Both the position numbers and the translations under genes were made by a program. From the NCBI RefSeq assembly GCF_037042905.1, contig NC_087251.1, positions 46,068,001-46,132,000 on the forward strand: DNA of 64,000 nt, written 5' to 3'. Source of the stretch: Lytechinus pictus. Lineage: Eukaryota. A model generated the notes under the pieces. It was not told the origin of the DNA. It ran no database searches and saw nothing but the letters and a program-made list of their open reading frames with translations. Positions 25,934 through 39,362 of this stretch are shown piece by piece (within the stretch, counting starts at the first letter, position 1; every line of letters starts with the position of its first letter).

Positions 25934-28900
25934 CAGTCAGACCGCAGCTCGCGCGATAATGAGCATATTCACGGAGATTTATTCAGCGGCCCTCTAGCGG
26001 TCTCCGAAGGAAAACGTGCGATCAATTTGGCTTGATTTTCCCACTGAATTGGAGGGGCTGAAGTTATAGCTCTGTACTGGTCGCTAACTTCAGTTTACGT
26101 CGAAACGAATTGTGGTAAGTTATTTTCAAGACCTTCATCTACATTTTGGTATATAATTTTCCATATTTGGACATTTTCAACCTACCATTTTTACCTCTTT
26201 AATTGATGCTTATTTTAGTAATATTTTAACTGCGATTTTGTAGTCGGAATTTCACTTTTGGTTCCTGACTTTGCTACATAACCAAATTGTTTCGATCGGG
26301 GTTTTTTAGAAAGAGGAAAAGTCACTGTTCAAAATATGTCAGAACCAACTTGACGCAAACTCACCTTATATTTTTATTTAAGAGAAAATGATACCCTAAA
26401 AATCAAGAAATTTACGTTTTACCCGGAAGTAACCTTCTCGTTCACTCTTCGATGGCGCGAAATAATGCCAAAATTACGTTCGTCGCGGGTTGGTAGAATT
26501 TCGCCTTTGGTCCCATACGTTGAAACTTCTGTAATGATGGCAGATGGCTCGCATTATATTTGTGACTGTGGACGGTGGACTTTTTTTTTTAATTAAGACT
26601 TAATATAAACGAAGCTTAATAAGTAGATCCCTTCTAAAGTTTTATTCAAATGATTATCAGGTTTCCGAATTCCATCAAGTTTTTATAGATTGAGATATTT
26701 CTTGATTTATGTTGAAAATTGTTAACCTTTTTTCTTAATTAGTCGAAGTTGAGCCCCATAATGATTTTTGCCCCAGGCTGCGGTTAACTTAAGAATTAAA
26801 TGATGATTAGCTCAGACAGTCTACTCTAGAGACTATAAACAGTTTAAAGTCAAAGTAAAAAGTCTGGTACTACCGTACTCAGTAGTATTTATAAACCATT
26901 TTGTTCAAATAAAAAAATTGTGGCTGTCACAGACAGTACTTAGTTAGTCTCTTAATTGACTTACATGTAACATAATTCATACTTTGAATAATTTAGACTA
27001 TTTCTCTCTTTTTTGTCTCTTCTACACACAGATCTGCATACTTGCTGACTCTGGTCTCTGCTTGCTACTTTATTCTGGGAGATTCCATCATGTACTATAT
27101 GGTCAGACCATGATTTGGACAAAGCCCTTTTTTCGTTTGCAAATTTTGGACTGATATTGATAATGACAACAGAAAATTGATCTTTATCGATATTGGAAAC
27201 AAAAAAATTAGAGCACAGTTTTGGGGAGGACTAAGAATACTGACTTGGACAGGAATACAGCTTGACAAAAATAAAAATTCACAATTCAAAACCAAAGAAC
27301 ATTTTTAATGCATTGCAAGAAACTTTCTACTCAATCACACATTCCAAAATTAAGGGTAAGTCCTTTGATTAAATACAAACATGTAGTTGATTTGCAATTG
27401 AACATAAGTTTCTTGCAATGCCCCATAATTATATTTTGTTCTCAAGCAACTCTGTTATATGTTATCTAATGTGCTGAAGGTTAAGTGCCATGTATGTTCA
27501 CAATTTTTTTTTTGAAAGGTATAATATATTTGTCCTTTTAAACGGTATTTGAATGTGGTTACGCCTTGTTTTTGTTTTCCACAGTAATTATTGCATATAT
27601 GAACAGAAGTGAAATATTTGTTGTGAAGCACTGTATGAATGTTGTGTGATCATGGAGCTATGGTGTGATGGTATTATAATTAATTCATAATTTTTGTTAT
27701 AAGACTGTAAACCTCGTGGATGTGAGGGAGTGGCCTGGATGAAAGGAAAGTGAGCATGTGTCCAATTACTGATTTGCATATGTTTAGACAATTTTGTTCG
27801 TGGATAAATATTAATGTGCATTCCCTATTCCAAGCAAAGAGTAAAGGAGAAGTCCACCCCACCAAAAAATTAATTGAATTTAAAGAAAAATAAAGTATTG
27901 CAGAGAATTTCATAAAAACTATGATTCAAAATTCAAAAAATTACTATTTTGACATTGAGAAATTTGCCTAATTTTATAAAACAATTATATGCTCATCTTG
28001 GTCAATGTGCAAATTACAGAACTCATTATGTCACACGCACTCTAATTTCTTGTGTATTTTTTTTGTTTGATACATGTACATGACATGTATATTTTATTTT
28101 AATTTTCATTAACAAATTTTGAGAGGGATTTTAATTCCTCCATTAACATTCGTAGTTTCCATAAATGTAACCTATTGTGATTCGAGAAAGATTTTTTACA
28201 TCAAATTTGCTAAAATTTATATAATAAAAATGCAACAAAAATTTAAAAAGTAATTTGATGTGAGTGACATAATCAATTCTATTTGCATACCATTGTTTTG
28301 TGTATATAACTGTTTTGTGTTAAAACAGGGAAATTTCTGTATTTATTCAAATACTTTTTTGTTGATGTGCACTTGACCTTTAACTCACTTCCCTTCCCAC
28401 CCCTGCCCAAATAAGTGTGATCAAGAACTTGAAAATCAAAAGCAGTGATTAAGAAGAAGTAAGAATTAATCATAGAGCTATTAATAGCTCCATGATTTAA
28501 TAAATACAGGCCTAAATAGAACTTCATATGAAAGTAAAAAGAGAATAAAGCTGGGTAGCAACGATGAAGGAATATGATTTAAAGAAAAAGCATAAACACA
28601 TCCCCATCAACCCTCCCCCCCCCCCCCCAAAAAAAAAAAACAACAACAACACAGTCCGGCGGGTTCGAACCAGGGTCCTTGCACACGTCAAAACATAGCG
28701 CTCACGGAATTCGCCATTGATCTCTCCGTACTATTTTCGGGTTTTTTAAGCTATATATAATGTTGTAAGTCTGTGCGCCGCTGTTGACCAATCAGAACGC
28801 GTCGGCAATTCTACTACAATTCCAATCATTTCGCGATGGACATTGCCGTGGTTTTTTGTGGTTCCTGACTTTGCTACATCATGAAATTTCATAATTCTTT

Positions 28901-29262
28901 TTCAGTCGTAAAGAAGAATGTCCCCGCTTTATATTGATTATAATATCAATTTGACGCAAGTGTGATTTCGATGCAAAAATGCGCTCTGTTTATTCACATA
29001 TATTTCTTGAAAAAAATCATTTTTTCTAAGCTAAATATCGGTCTTCAAAATACATTAAATGTGCATTTTATTTAGCTGATCAGAAATTTCAAAGTTTTAT
29101 CTATAAAATAAGACCAATTATGTGAGGAATAAACGATTCTAAGAGCAAAAAACACCGATCGGAAAGTTCGTCTTCACAGCTCATTACGTATGCATAACCA
29201 CGGGCGGCTATGCATACCGCTGAATAAAATAGAGCACTTTCGGACGGGCTGCGGACTGACTG
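25934..29262. mobile_element. 3.3-kb non-autonomous DNA transposon with TA target duplication
   Basis: TA|CAGTCAGACCGCAGC ... GCTGCGGACTGACTG|TA; CpG-rich subtermini; internal direct repeat tggttcctgactttgctacat (about 26259 and 28859); no transposase ORF. Confidence 0.8.
27845..28379. mobile_element. Diverged, inverted copy of the TTAA-target family inside the 3.3-kb element
   Basis: taaaggagaagtccaccccaccaaaaa ... gtgcacttgacctttaa. Confidence 0.7.
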
Positions 29263-30589
29263 TATACTAGAGTTAACCTATGGTCTCTGTTTAGACATGT
29301 GCAGTAGCATGGTTAATCCTGAATGGAATTAGTATATCGTCATGGATTAGCTTAGCTTATACTCCAATGCACAGAGATGTAAGTTTAGCCCTCTGATCTC
29401 ATCTTTCTCTGCCGGCTATATGGAAAAATTACTTCAAACTTAAATTACAATAATTATTTGCATAGTAATGCAAGATGCAATTTGAAAGATAATGAGGAAA
29501 ATCTGAAAATTTATGTACAAAACAAATGGAGAGTTGTCCACAAAATCAGCCATTTTGAAGCACGTTTGCCAATTTGAGGATCCATCCCCATAGAAAGTAC
29601 AACAAGACTTTTTAAATGTCCATAACTTGCTTATTTCATAACTGATTTTGATGAAACTTTTTTTTAAATTGTTCCTCTCATTTTACTCTTTCCAATAAGA
29701 TTGCTTCTCTTCTTGGGTTTTGGTTTCATTTAATGGTGGAGTTGTTAACTGTGCTCATGAATGCACCATGGACGCCTGAATAATTTTGTTAGGTTTATTG
29801 ATGAAACAATATGAAGTCTCTGATCTTGTCAAGGTGTATTGTCATGTTTTATGATTATAACCTATTAAACATGGTTGGGTTAACATTAGTCTACAACTGT
29901 AGACCCACATCTGCAGTGTGTGTATCACAGCTGATTCAAGGAGTCTGCATAACAGACTATAGGTCTACTAGAGCTACAGAAATGGCTCGCTTCGCTCGCC
30001 CTTTCAGGCTGGTTTGCTTCGCAAACCAGCTGTAGATCCCACTTCACGAGCCATTCAGAGTCTGCATAGCAGACTAGGTTAACATCCACACAGCTGATGG
30101 TATTGAAAAACAAAATCAAAATCAAATTATGATGATCAGTCACATCACAATTCACAAAGAGCAGGGACGTTTCATAACGAAATTCATGAATGCACCATGT
30201 ACTTAACGAGTAATGAAATATAATTTTGTTTGGCTTATCATTTAGTGACGAGACGACATTAAGTCTGTTATCTAATAGGATGACTGGCATGGCATCCCCC
30301 TGGTATTCTCTCTTCCTCCGTACCCGTCGTAACCCATCGCATTCCCATGCATGCACCTGTATTGTCCATCGCATCGCAAAGTATTTGCCAAGAGCCCACG
30401 GCTTGCACCCTGATCAGGCGTTGATAATCAAATTATCGTTCCTCATCACCCCGGTGGCCAGCCCAGAACAAGCGAGCCCTATTCTAACGGTGTCGCAAAC
30501 TGTCACTTCCCATCATGCTCATATCCAGCCTGACGCATCGCCGCACAAATCAGCTTGGATGCGTGTACCGCTTGGTAGGAATCATCCAT

Positions 30590-30960
30590 GGATTTATAAA
30601 TCCTACGTCAGATTGTGGATGTGACCCTATATTAAGAATGTGTGAAATTTGATTATAAATGCTCATGTCCTGTTATTGTTGCTCATTGTGTAGGAATTAT
30701 AATCCTACATGAGATTGTGGAAGTCACCCTGAAAATTAAGAATGCATGAAATTTGTTCATGCTCATGTCTTTGTTACGGTTGCTCTTGTGTATGATTTTA
30801 TAATCCTACACGAGATTGTGGTATTGACCTGTGCTTAAAAGGTGTGAAATTTGATTATGTTCATGTTTTGTCAATGTTGCTGTAAGTAGGACAATGTGGA
30901 AATGACCTGTCCTAAAAATGTGTGGAATTTGATTACTCTCATGTCTTGATATTGTTTCTT
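30590..30960. repeat. Imperfect ~105-bp tandem repeat (3-4 copies)
   Basis: Repeated ataatcctaca.gagattgtgg..tgacc...aagaatgtgtgaaatttgatt. Confidence 0.75.
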
Positions 30961-31537
30961 TTATGCATCATGGTCAGTTATGAAGGAACAGCGGGTTGCT
31001 ATTTCAATTTTAGTGAATTTTCATTTTCATGTTGGATGACTTTTTGCGTGTAATAGTATAATACAAATTATTGGCTCACAAATTTCAAACAGCTTGTGTT
31101 GTGCATATCACAAAATACAGCAACGTTCATATTGCTGCAACCTCAATATATTTCATCATACGTCAATGAAATTTTACAATGTACAATATTGTCTTATTGC
31201 TTTCGCTCGTGATTCAAATAAACTTACATCTTTGGCCTTTATGATCAATTTATAAAATATATGCTAGCTCAATTTACAAAATGTATGTTATAGTGTTTCA
31301 TGAACATATTCAAGTATAATTCACGATCAAGCATGTCTGATGTATGTAGTGGCCAGTCTAGACTTTTGTAATAGATGGGGGGGGGGGGTTCTAAAAGCAA
31401 ATACGAAAAAAAGAGGGGCCAGATTATTATTTTCTTGGAACTTAGCTGCAATGACATTAAAATGTATGTTCAATGGATGATAGACATGGCGCCTTGTGTC
31501 CCTGCCTAGATCTACACCACTGATGGTTCATATTTGA

Positions 31538-31752
31538 AGTGTGAACAGGGTGATGTGAAAGGGGATGAAGGTCGAATGATGGACCCACAGTTACACTGCC
31601 AGTCTAAGTAATAGTTTACCCTTCAAATGTGAACAGGGTGATGTAAAAGGGGATTAAAGTCTAATGATGGACCCACAGTTACACTGTCAGTCTAATAGTT
31701 TACCCTTCAAATGTGAAAGGGGATGAAGGTCCGATGATGGACCTGAGGTTAC
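31538..31752. repeat. ~85-bp tandem repeat (about 2.5 copies)
   Basis: gtgaacagggtgatgt.aaagggga..aag.tc.aatgatggacccacagttacactg.cagtcta. Confidence 0.8.
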
Positions 31753-34700
31753 ACTAATCCCTTGTGGATATATTTGGGATGCCAGAGACATGGCTGGAAT
31801 CCTAACAGGGCCGTTAATGAGAAGAGTTGGACTGGTTTAGGACCCGCAAGATGGGGGACTCTGTTTACGACAGGCTGGTCGAGAGTTGGCCAACGGGAGG
31901 GATGAATAAATAATATCTGGTTGAAGTGCATAATTGGTTGTGGTGTAGATTGTGAAGTTGGTCCAGAGGGCAAAGCGCAGAGGTGATGTTTTAAAAATGA
32001 AGAGAGGGACAGTGAGAGAGTGAGAGAGACAGGGCACTGCAAAGACAAAGAAACAAATTAAGAGATGGAAAAGAGAGAGAGAGAGGGGGGGGGGAAGAAA
32101 GAGAAAGTGAGAGAGGGAGGGGAGATAGGATATAAGATGGGAAAGGAAAATGGACACGAGAAAAGTAATCTGACCCCCATTGTTCAGATTTCTCAAAATT
32201 TATTTCTCTGCACATACCAAACTGAATGGACGTTCATGCAACTCATCATTTTAAAGGGAAGGAACAACATCCTTTGAAGTCACAAAACCTGCTTCTGATA
32301 GAATGGGAGGTAAATACAATATCTTTTCCCAATGTTTATCAATTCATATACCGGGTATTCACTATTTATTTGCAAATGTAAAAATACATTTATATTACAG
32401 TGAGCCAGCTTTGAAAAAATTAACAATATCTGCAGTTTTGAAGCCGTTTCATGTACAAAACATTATATGGAGAATTTAAATGGACAAAATCACCAGTTTG
32501 GAGCCGTTTTTCAAAAGGGGAAAGAAAAATGGTTACAAATCTGCCAGAACATTGATTTCTAATACCATGACTGAAATGTATAATAGTTTATTGTTCATAC
32601 AGGGAATAATTTTGCTGGTGTCGCATCGAAATTTGCTCCACATTTTTGAAAGACTGCTATGCATTAAGTCTTTTGTATAGCATATTTTTACATAGGACTG
32701 TACATTACCTAGTTGAGAGATTTTCTCTAATGACCAAAAATTCTATTCATATTTGTAAAGCAAAATTATTCCCTGTCATACTTCTATAAAAAGACAATGG
32801 TATTGGACCTAGCTCTACATGCGTATACAGATATGCACTGGTGGAAAAATACAGTGTATTGTATTGGACAACAATGCATGGAGGGGCTTACGCATACTTG
32901 TACATGCATGTATGCAAAATTACTTGTTCCTAGCAAATAACTGGATGTGTTCTCCATTAAGCCCTCCCCATCTCAGCAAAGCATTGGTGCAATGACTCAC
33001 TGTCTCAACGCTAATTGATCCCCCATCATTTCACATGGCGTAATGGGAACAATCCGCGGTGCCACGGCAATGATGATGATGACAATGATGAGGGCGCTTT
33101 TGTTTTCACAGGCTGCGGCCATAGACTGCACCTGCACCCTCCGAGCAAGAGTCATTCCAGTAACTATACGATGTGTAGCCTTGAGATATTTACACAATAT
33201 GCAGGTTTGGGGAAAAAGATGTCGGGCCTGTATCTTTTACTAAGCATTCTTTTATCTACATTTTTTCTGCATGGAAGTTATCTTTTCTTTGGGTTACATT
33301 TGTGTGAAATGTATTTGGGTTTTTTTTCTCGGAGTTAAAGTTATACTCACATGCATGTACTTACAGTAGTATGAGATGATATGTATTGCGAGAAAGCCTT
33401 ATTGCATGAACTAATCAACCCAAAGTACTATTTTTCCCTTCAGATGCAATAGAGTATGTAATAACTTATCAAGAAGTAGATGTATGATAATATGAAGAAT
33501 GTAAGTATGTATCGCAAATTCATCAAACGCAATATCACAACGCACCAAAACTCAAAGAATATGAAAGCTCTTGAAGATAATATTTCATAAATAAAGGATT
33601 TCAATTGCAATAAGAAGGGGAGAGATGAAATGTTCTTTTGAAATATAGAAAAGGCTCTTTTCCATTGGATTTTTTTTAAGAAGGGTGTTAAAAGTTATTG
33701 GACGTTATTGGTTTGTTAAAGGGAAAGTGATGCTCTTCTAGTTTTTAATATATCATGTATACATAAATCTATTCTCTTTTTGGACCACTGTGGAGGATTT
33801 AAACTGATATGCCTTCAGAAAAAGGAAAACAAATATAAAATACAAAATACTCAATGATGATAACCAAGCTCACAAAAGTAACAAGTATGGGTGATACATG
33901 AGAGTATCATGTGGTGGCTCCTAGATAATTACCCATGCACGGTTTTTTAAAATACAAATGCCATTCCCTTTCTGAACATCAGCAGAGGATTTCAAATGGA
34001 TACCCCTTCAGACAAGTGAAAACAAAAACAAGCACAAAAATAACACAAGACAAAGAAGCTCACGAAAGTAACAAGTTTGGGAGATACACGGCTGTATCGA
34101 GAAGTGGCTCCTAGATAATTACCAATGCATGCCACAAATCATGGCATGAACTGGACCAGGAGAGACATTGACTCTGTAGGCGTACTCAGATCAACTCGAT
34201 CACCAGAATACCCGTTAAGATACAAAAAAATTTTACACTTGTCTAGAAAATAATCAATACTCGTATTCCGCATGCGACCTAACCTGAAGCAGACCCTTTA
34301 GGGGGTAAGTTCACGAAGTTTAAATTCACTAGCTCAGCAGCCCATGTCCTACCTGCAACCAATAATTTGCTGGGTTGAGAGTTTTAGTAATTTGCATTCA
34401 TAACTTAAACAAAACTTATTACATCGCAGGAGTTTTCTTTCGGGTATATTACGTATAATTTGCCATCACACTGCAAAAAATACCTGTTATTTTCTGATCG
34501 GGGTAGATCGGGTTGAGTTTCCCAATCAGAGAATATACCTAGTATTCTAGAAAATCGAGGCGGTCTGAATAAGCCTGGTATCAACCCAAGACGCGAACAG
34601 CATCGAGGACGAAGAAGAGGGAGGGTGCCGGTTAATAATTCACACCTCTGTATCTCCAATTGCTGAAGACAAACGGCCGTGAAGGGCAGCATGTTGGGAA

Positions 34701-35422
34701 TTCGACGGGATCGTTGCTACACGAGTGGGGACAACATGACACAAACACCCTGGAATTTCAATCGTTTTGTACCCCCGCCGCAAGGTCCCTGAATGCACGG
34801 ATCCCCTTGGTATAATGAATTGTTCATGTATGCTGATCATGTTGGTATTTGTAAGCTGGTATGTGACATTGTTACATGCTATCATGTTAGATCTTTCAGA
34901 GCAATGGAGGGACCCGCACGCACTTGCAAGGAAGATGTTGCCTGTGAACTCGCTCTCAAAACGTGTTGAAAATCGTGGATGGATACAATCTTCTGCATAG
35001 TTTTATACAAATAAGATGATTATGTAATGAACTCATTAATAGGACAACAAAGTGTATGTGCACAAAAAGACAGCAAATGCTATTGTTCATTACTGTGTCC
35101 ACATCTAACAAAGATATTCTATTTTTACAGAAATTAAGAATTAAGTCATGACTTCTATAAGAATACAAACTGTAGGTATATGATCAGCAGCTTCCTTCTG
35201 CCATTGATCTCCTTTTCTGCTGTTGTATCATTCTCATGTGATCCTCCTTATCTAATTCGTCTTGTTTTATCCATATATGTTTGATTTTTCTGTATTTTGT
35301 ATTCTAGTGTTTCCTTATTTACTTTCCTTCCACAGTTAAACTTTGTCTCCTTGTTTCTAGTGTTGCTGTTGCGTGTCTGTGGTCTATATTATGGTTGTTC
35401 CACTTTATATGTTTGTCATTTT

Positions 35423-35461
35423 GCCTCCGACGAAGATTCTGCTAGGATCGAAAGCTTAGGC
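35423..35461 (+). ncRNA. Minimal type I hammerhead ribozyme-like motif (Penelope-like element/retrozyme remnant)
   Basis: GCCT-CCGACGA-A-GATTCT-gct-AGGATC-GAAA-GCTT-AGGC: stem I GCCT/AGGC, core C(U>C)GANGA, stem II, GAAA, palindromic AGCT stem III. Confidence 0.55.
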
Positions 35462-35685
35462 CGCTTTTGACTCTCTAATTTACTCCATTGGCTCTCTGTT
35501 ATTAGATAAGCAGTTTTCAGCAGCTTCTTTCTGCTATATTAAAAGACAGCAAATACTACAGATCACTGCTGCATCTACATCTAAGAGAGACATTCTGTCT
35601 ACTTTTACAGAATTAAAATGACTAAGTCTTGACTTCTATAAGAAAACTTCTAAAAGAAAATACCCCCTTCCAAAAAATGTTTATT

Positions 35686-35935
35686 GCTGTGTGTTGGCTC
35701 AGTTGGTAGAGCATCCGTCTCACAACTGGGAGGTCGGGGGTTCAAACCTTGGCTGGGTCAGACAAAAAGATGTTAAAAGATGGGAGTTGCTGCTACCCTG
35801 TTTGGTGTTCCAACAATTAAAGGGAAAGAGCCTCGTCGATATGACGGTGCACACAGCTGCCGGGCCCATGATCAATTAGGCAAAGCAAATTTTCAGAGTA
35901 TTTTATTTCATGTCTATTTCGAACAATAAAATGTG
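35686..35935 (+). mobile_element. tRNA-derived SINE (Val-CAC-like head)
   Basis: tggctcagttggtagagc (box A), ctcacaa loop, ggttcaaacc (box B), non-tRNA body, A-rich end; acceptor stem does not pair. Confidence 0.7.
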
Positions 35936-37620
35936 GATTTTGGGGGGTTTTGTATCTAACAAAGATAAAGGAAGGATTTTCCTTAAAATGATTTGAACCC
36001 TGAAACCAGTAGTGTAGCTTAGTAAATGGGGGTAATAAAGGAACACCCTGCGTACCTACATGTAACAAGGTGGACATGTGTGCAATATAAATACCCTACA
36101 TCATTATCATCAAATTATAGCCTACCATAAACCAAATATGTCAGGGTAAAAGTAAAACATTATAAAGCAAAATTTTTTGCATGCAGACCGCCTCCTTATT
36201 GAAATGTAGCAATGCAATGCAATTCACACAGTTTTGAATTCCATCTGAAATCATATTTGATATCAAGATATTAGTATCATAGTTTATACTGACATGTATC
36301 ATGGTATTTTGGTATATTGGAAAGCTAGTTTTATCAGCTAGAGCTATAGAATTGCTATTTATTGCAATTCACCCTATTTTGAGTTAAAAAATGATGACAA
36401 TATTTATCTGTGATATTCATTCAAATAATCCTACATGTACATGTATACAAAAAGGCTCATACATGTACAAATTAACTTTATTATCATTTATTACATGTAC
36501 AGGGATTTACACACGAATACAGATCAAAACAGCATAATTAATTTGTTTTAGACAAGAGAGTATGCATCATACTTACTCAGCTAAAAGATGTATAGGGTTG
36601 AGTCATTGCTCATTAGTGTTGCGCCATCGATGTGTGCTTTTACACAGTTGTGTGGGTGCACGCCAGACAATAAGCTATCAACATCATTACTAATTCATTC
36701 TCCTGGAGCCTTACTCATGCCGCACACATCCATCAGTCTATTAGGAAATCTAATATCTAAATCACCGTAATTATTTTACATAAGATATCATCCTGCCCCC
36801 TTTTTAAATTGGGACTCATTTCATGATTTATGACATAACACCCAAAGGACAGCTACAGTTTCGGTGTGCATATTACAGTATGGTAAATAATGTATTATCC
36901 ATGAACGGGGATGTTTGAAGTAAGGTGCCAAGTTAACAAAAGTATTACTGTTTTCCATTTTCTTTCATAATCAACACATTTTTTCACATTACTGTAAATC
37001 AAAGGCTATGCTGACGCTTTTCTATATAAGTGTTTCAAAGAAGCATGCAGACAAATGGCATTATTATTTACCATGTTCTTGTGGTTCGATTTACGCAAGG
37101 TAACATTGCAGGTTATAAAAATGCTACTCTCTTTGGAATATATTACGCACCAGGATAGGAAATAACTACTGAATTAGTTTTTATGGGGCTATTCTATTTT
37201 TTCACATTGGAGTGATTGCTGAAGTTGGGAGACAATCTCTATCATTTCAAGGGCTAGTTTGTTTTTGTTCAACAAATAATTATTCTGCAAGTGGAAATAT
37301 CATATGTACATTTACAATATTGATGTCCTCTACATGTATATTCTTGAATATTGCTTGTGGGAGATCTAAGGGAAAGTGACTACTCTAGAAAAAGACCTAA
37401 ATAATGCAATTGGAAGAATTTTAGGGTCAATTTGTGCTGTGGTAAGGGTGGAATTTCCTGTGTATTTCCGACAACCCTAAACTACTTCTGGAATATCAGA
37501 TTCAGATACACAGATACCCTTTAGAAATGAATGCATAATTGTATATCCAGTGAATTTCAGATATAGTATCTTTTTAAGTCCTTCCTGAAATATCCAGTGA
37601 ATTTCAGATATAGTATCTTA

Positions 37621-37989
37621 TACCCCTTTCATAAACCTATCGTCCAATTAGCCGCCTAATAGTAATGCGGATAATTGCGTTCACAAACTCCGAAAATTAT
37701 CCGCATTATTTTTACGAGCGCCCGTCCTGAAAAAGGCGGATAATCGTCATGAAAACTGGACACGCCCCCTCCGATGCGGTTGTGTTGGAAAAGGGTGACC
37801 TTGTGACCGCACCATGGCAATTATCCGCATCATTTGGAAATACGTTCATAAACTCAAAATCTTGTCCCGATGCTGCTATTATGCGGATAATTGCAGCATC
37901 AAAATAATGCGGATAACTCTGGTTCTCCTCCGATTTTACGACCAAATTATGCTGCTATTAGCCACATAATTGGGTTTATGAAAGGGGTA
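37621..37989. mobile_element. MITE with 3-bp TTA target duplication (PIF/Harbinger-like TSD)
   Basis: TTA|TACCCCTTTCATAAACC ... GGTTTATGAAAGGGGTA|TTA; internal atgcggataatt repeats in both orientations. Confidence 0.85.
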
Positions 37990-39227
37990 TTATTAAGTCC
38001 TTCCTGAAATATCAATCAAAATAAAGCAATGCAATCTCAACATAAGTCATTTACCTATAAAAAGCATCCTTGTCATTTCAGGGGTATAAGTTCCTAATAC
38101 TTTCTCCTGCCTACCTCTAAATGCAAGCTTAGCATTCCCTTGGATGCATGAAGAAGTGAGGTGCCAACTTAATCAGTGATTTTTCTCCTAATGGAATTTG
38201 ATAAACCATGTCTAAATATATGTTGACAAGGTACCCAGCATTTCAATAAAGGTCTAATGGATTATCAATTTTCCCATGCTTTTTAGATTATCATAAAAAG
38301 CTTTTATATCTACTCAAATCTGGTTGACGTATTCCTTATCATAAAAAAAGTATTGAAAAAAGGATCAAGATTGACATAAATTTGAAATTTGTAGTTTGTA
38401 CCAGGTCTTATTTATCTAATCAACATTGTTCATCCAATCAGCATCAATCCACATAGTCCTTATTCATCATATTTAAAAAAAATAACAACAACTTTCAGGA
38501 AATTTCAGAGGCAGAGGTTTCTCATTGAACAGATTTCTGACGTTACAGGGAAGTGAAATAGATTCGGAGTAAAAGACCAAGATGGTCAAAATGCATGCAC
38601 ATCTCTTAGAACGTTAACTCTCATATTACAAAATAATATTGGATTTTGTATATTAAGTTAAAAATCATGGATGATTTTGAAACCTTACTCAATTTAGCTG
38701 AATGTCATGCATAGTATTGAAATGTAATTATAACAGCTATCTATATGTGTATTCATTGCAGTCATACATCAAAAGATCATACCAACTAAGTTAATACCAA
38801 CTATGTAAATTACTTTCAAATATTTGTTTTCCTATTACAATGTCCTCAGAGTATACGTGTGTAATCAAATGATAAAGACAGAGCAAATATTCCCAAAAGA
38901 AATTGATTTTCCATATTTACAGCTTGTTCAAATATTTCAATATTACCCAAAATATGAATACATAAAGAAGATATATACTACTGATTTATAATAAGTGCAA
39001 GTGAACCCTGAGGAAGGAAGTAGCATGAATCAGGAGCATTCCTCTTGAAAGCAAGTCACAACTGCACCTGACTTCAGAACTCACTCCCATAATTGGAATG
39101 AAGACCAGGCAGGGTCTGACGATTCCATTTCTTCGGGTTCAGCCACTTCCCGACGAGACTCCCTTCATTATTTGCAACGTGATCGACCAATCAACAGAGG
39201 GTGAGTGAGCTACCAGCCAAATAACAG

Positions 39228-39362
39228 GTGAACATTTCATGAAACAAATAACCAGTGATTTGCACCAACCACTGTCATAAGCTACCCAAATCCTTGCATC
39301 TGATTGGCTCAGAGCTTATTTGTCAGTGAATATCACTGACTTTTCGTTTCGTGAAACACTCC
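39228..39362. mobile_element. Short MITE, same family
   Basis: catttcatgaaac ... gtttcgtgaaacactcc; core ataagctacccaaatccttgcatctgattggctcaga. Confidence 0.65.

Noticed and set aside
30590..31752. Repeat arrays superficially resembling CRISPR
   Set aside because: Units are imperfect tandem repeats without unique spacers; eukaryotic intron with no cas genes.
35686..35762. tRNA-Val(CAC)-like gene
   Set aside because: Acceptor and anticodon stems pair poorly and it continues into a SINE body; treated as a SINE head.
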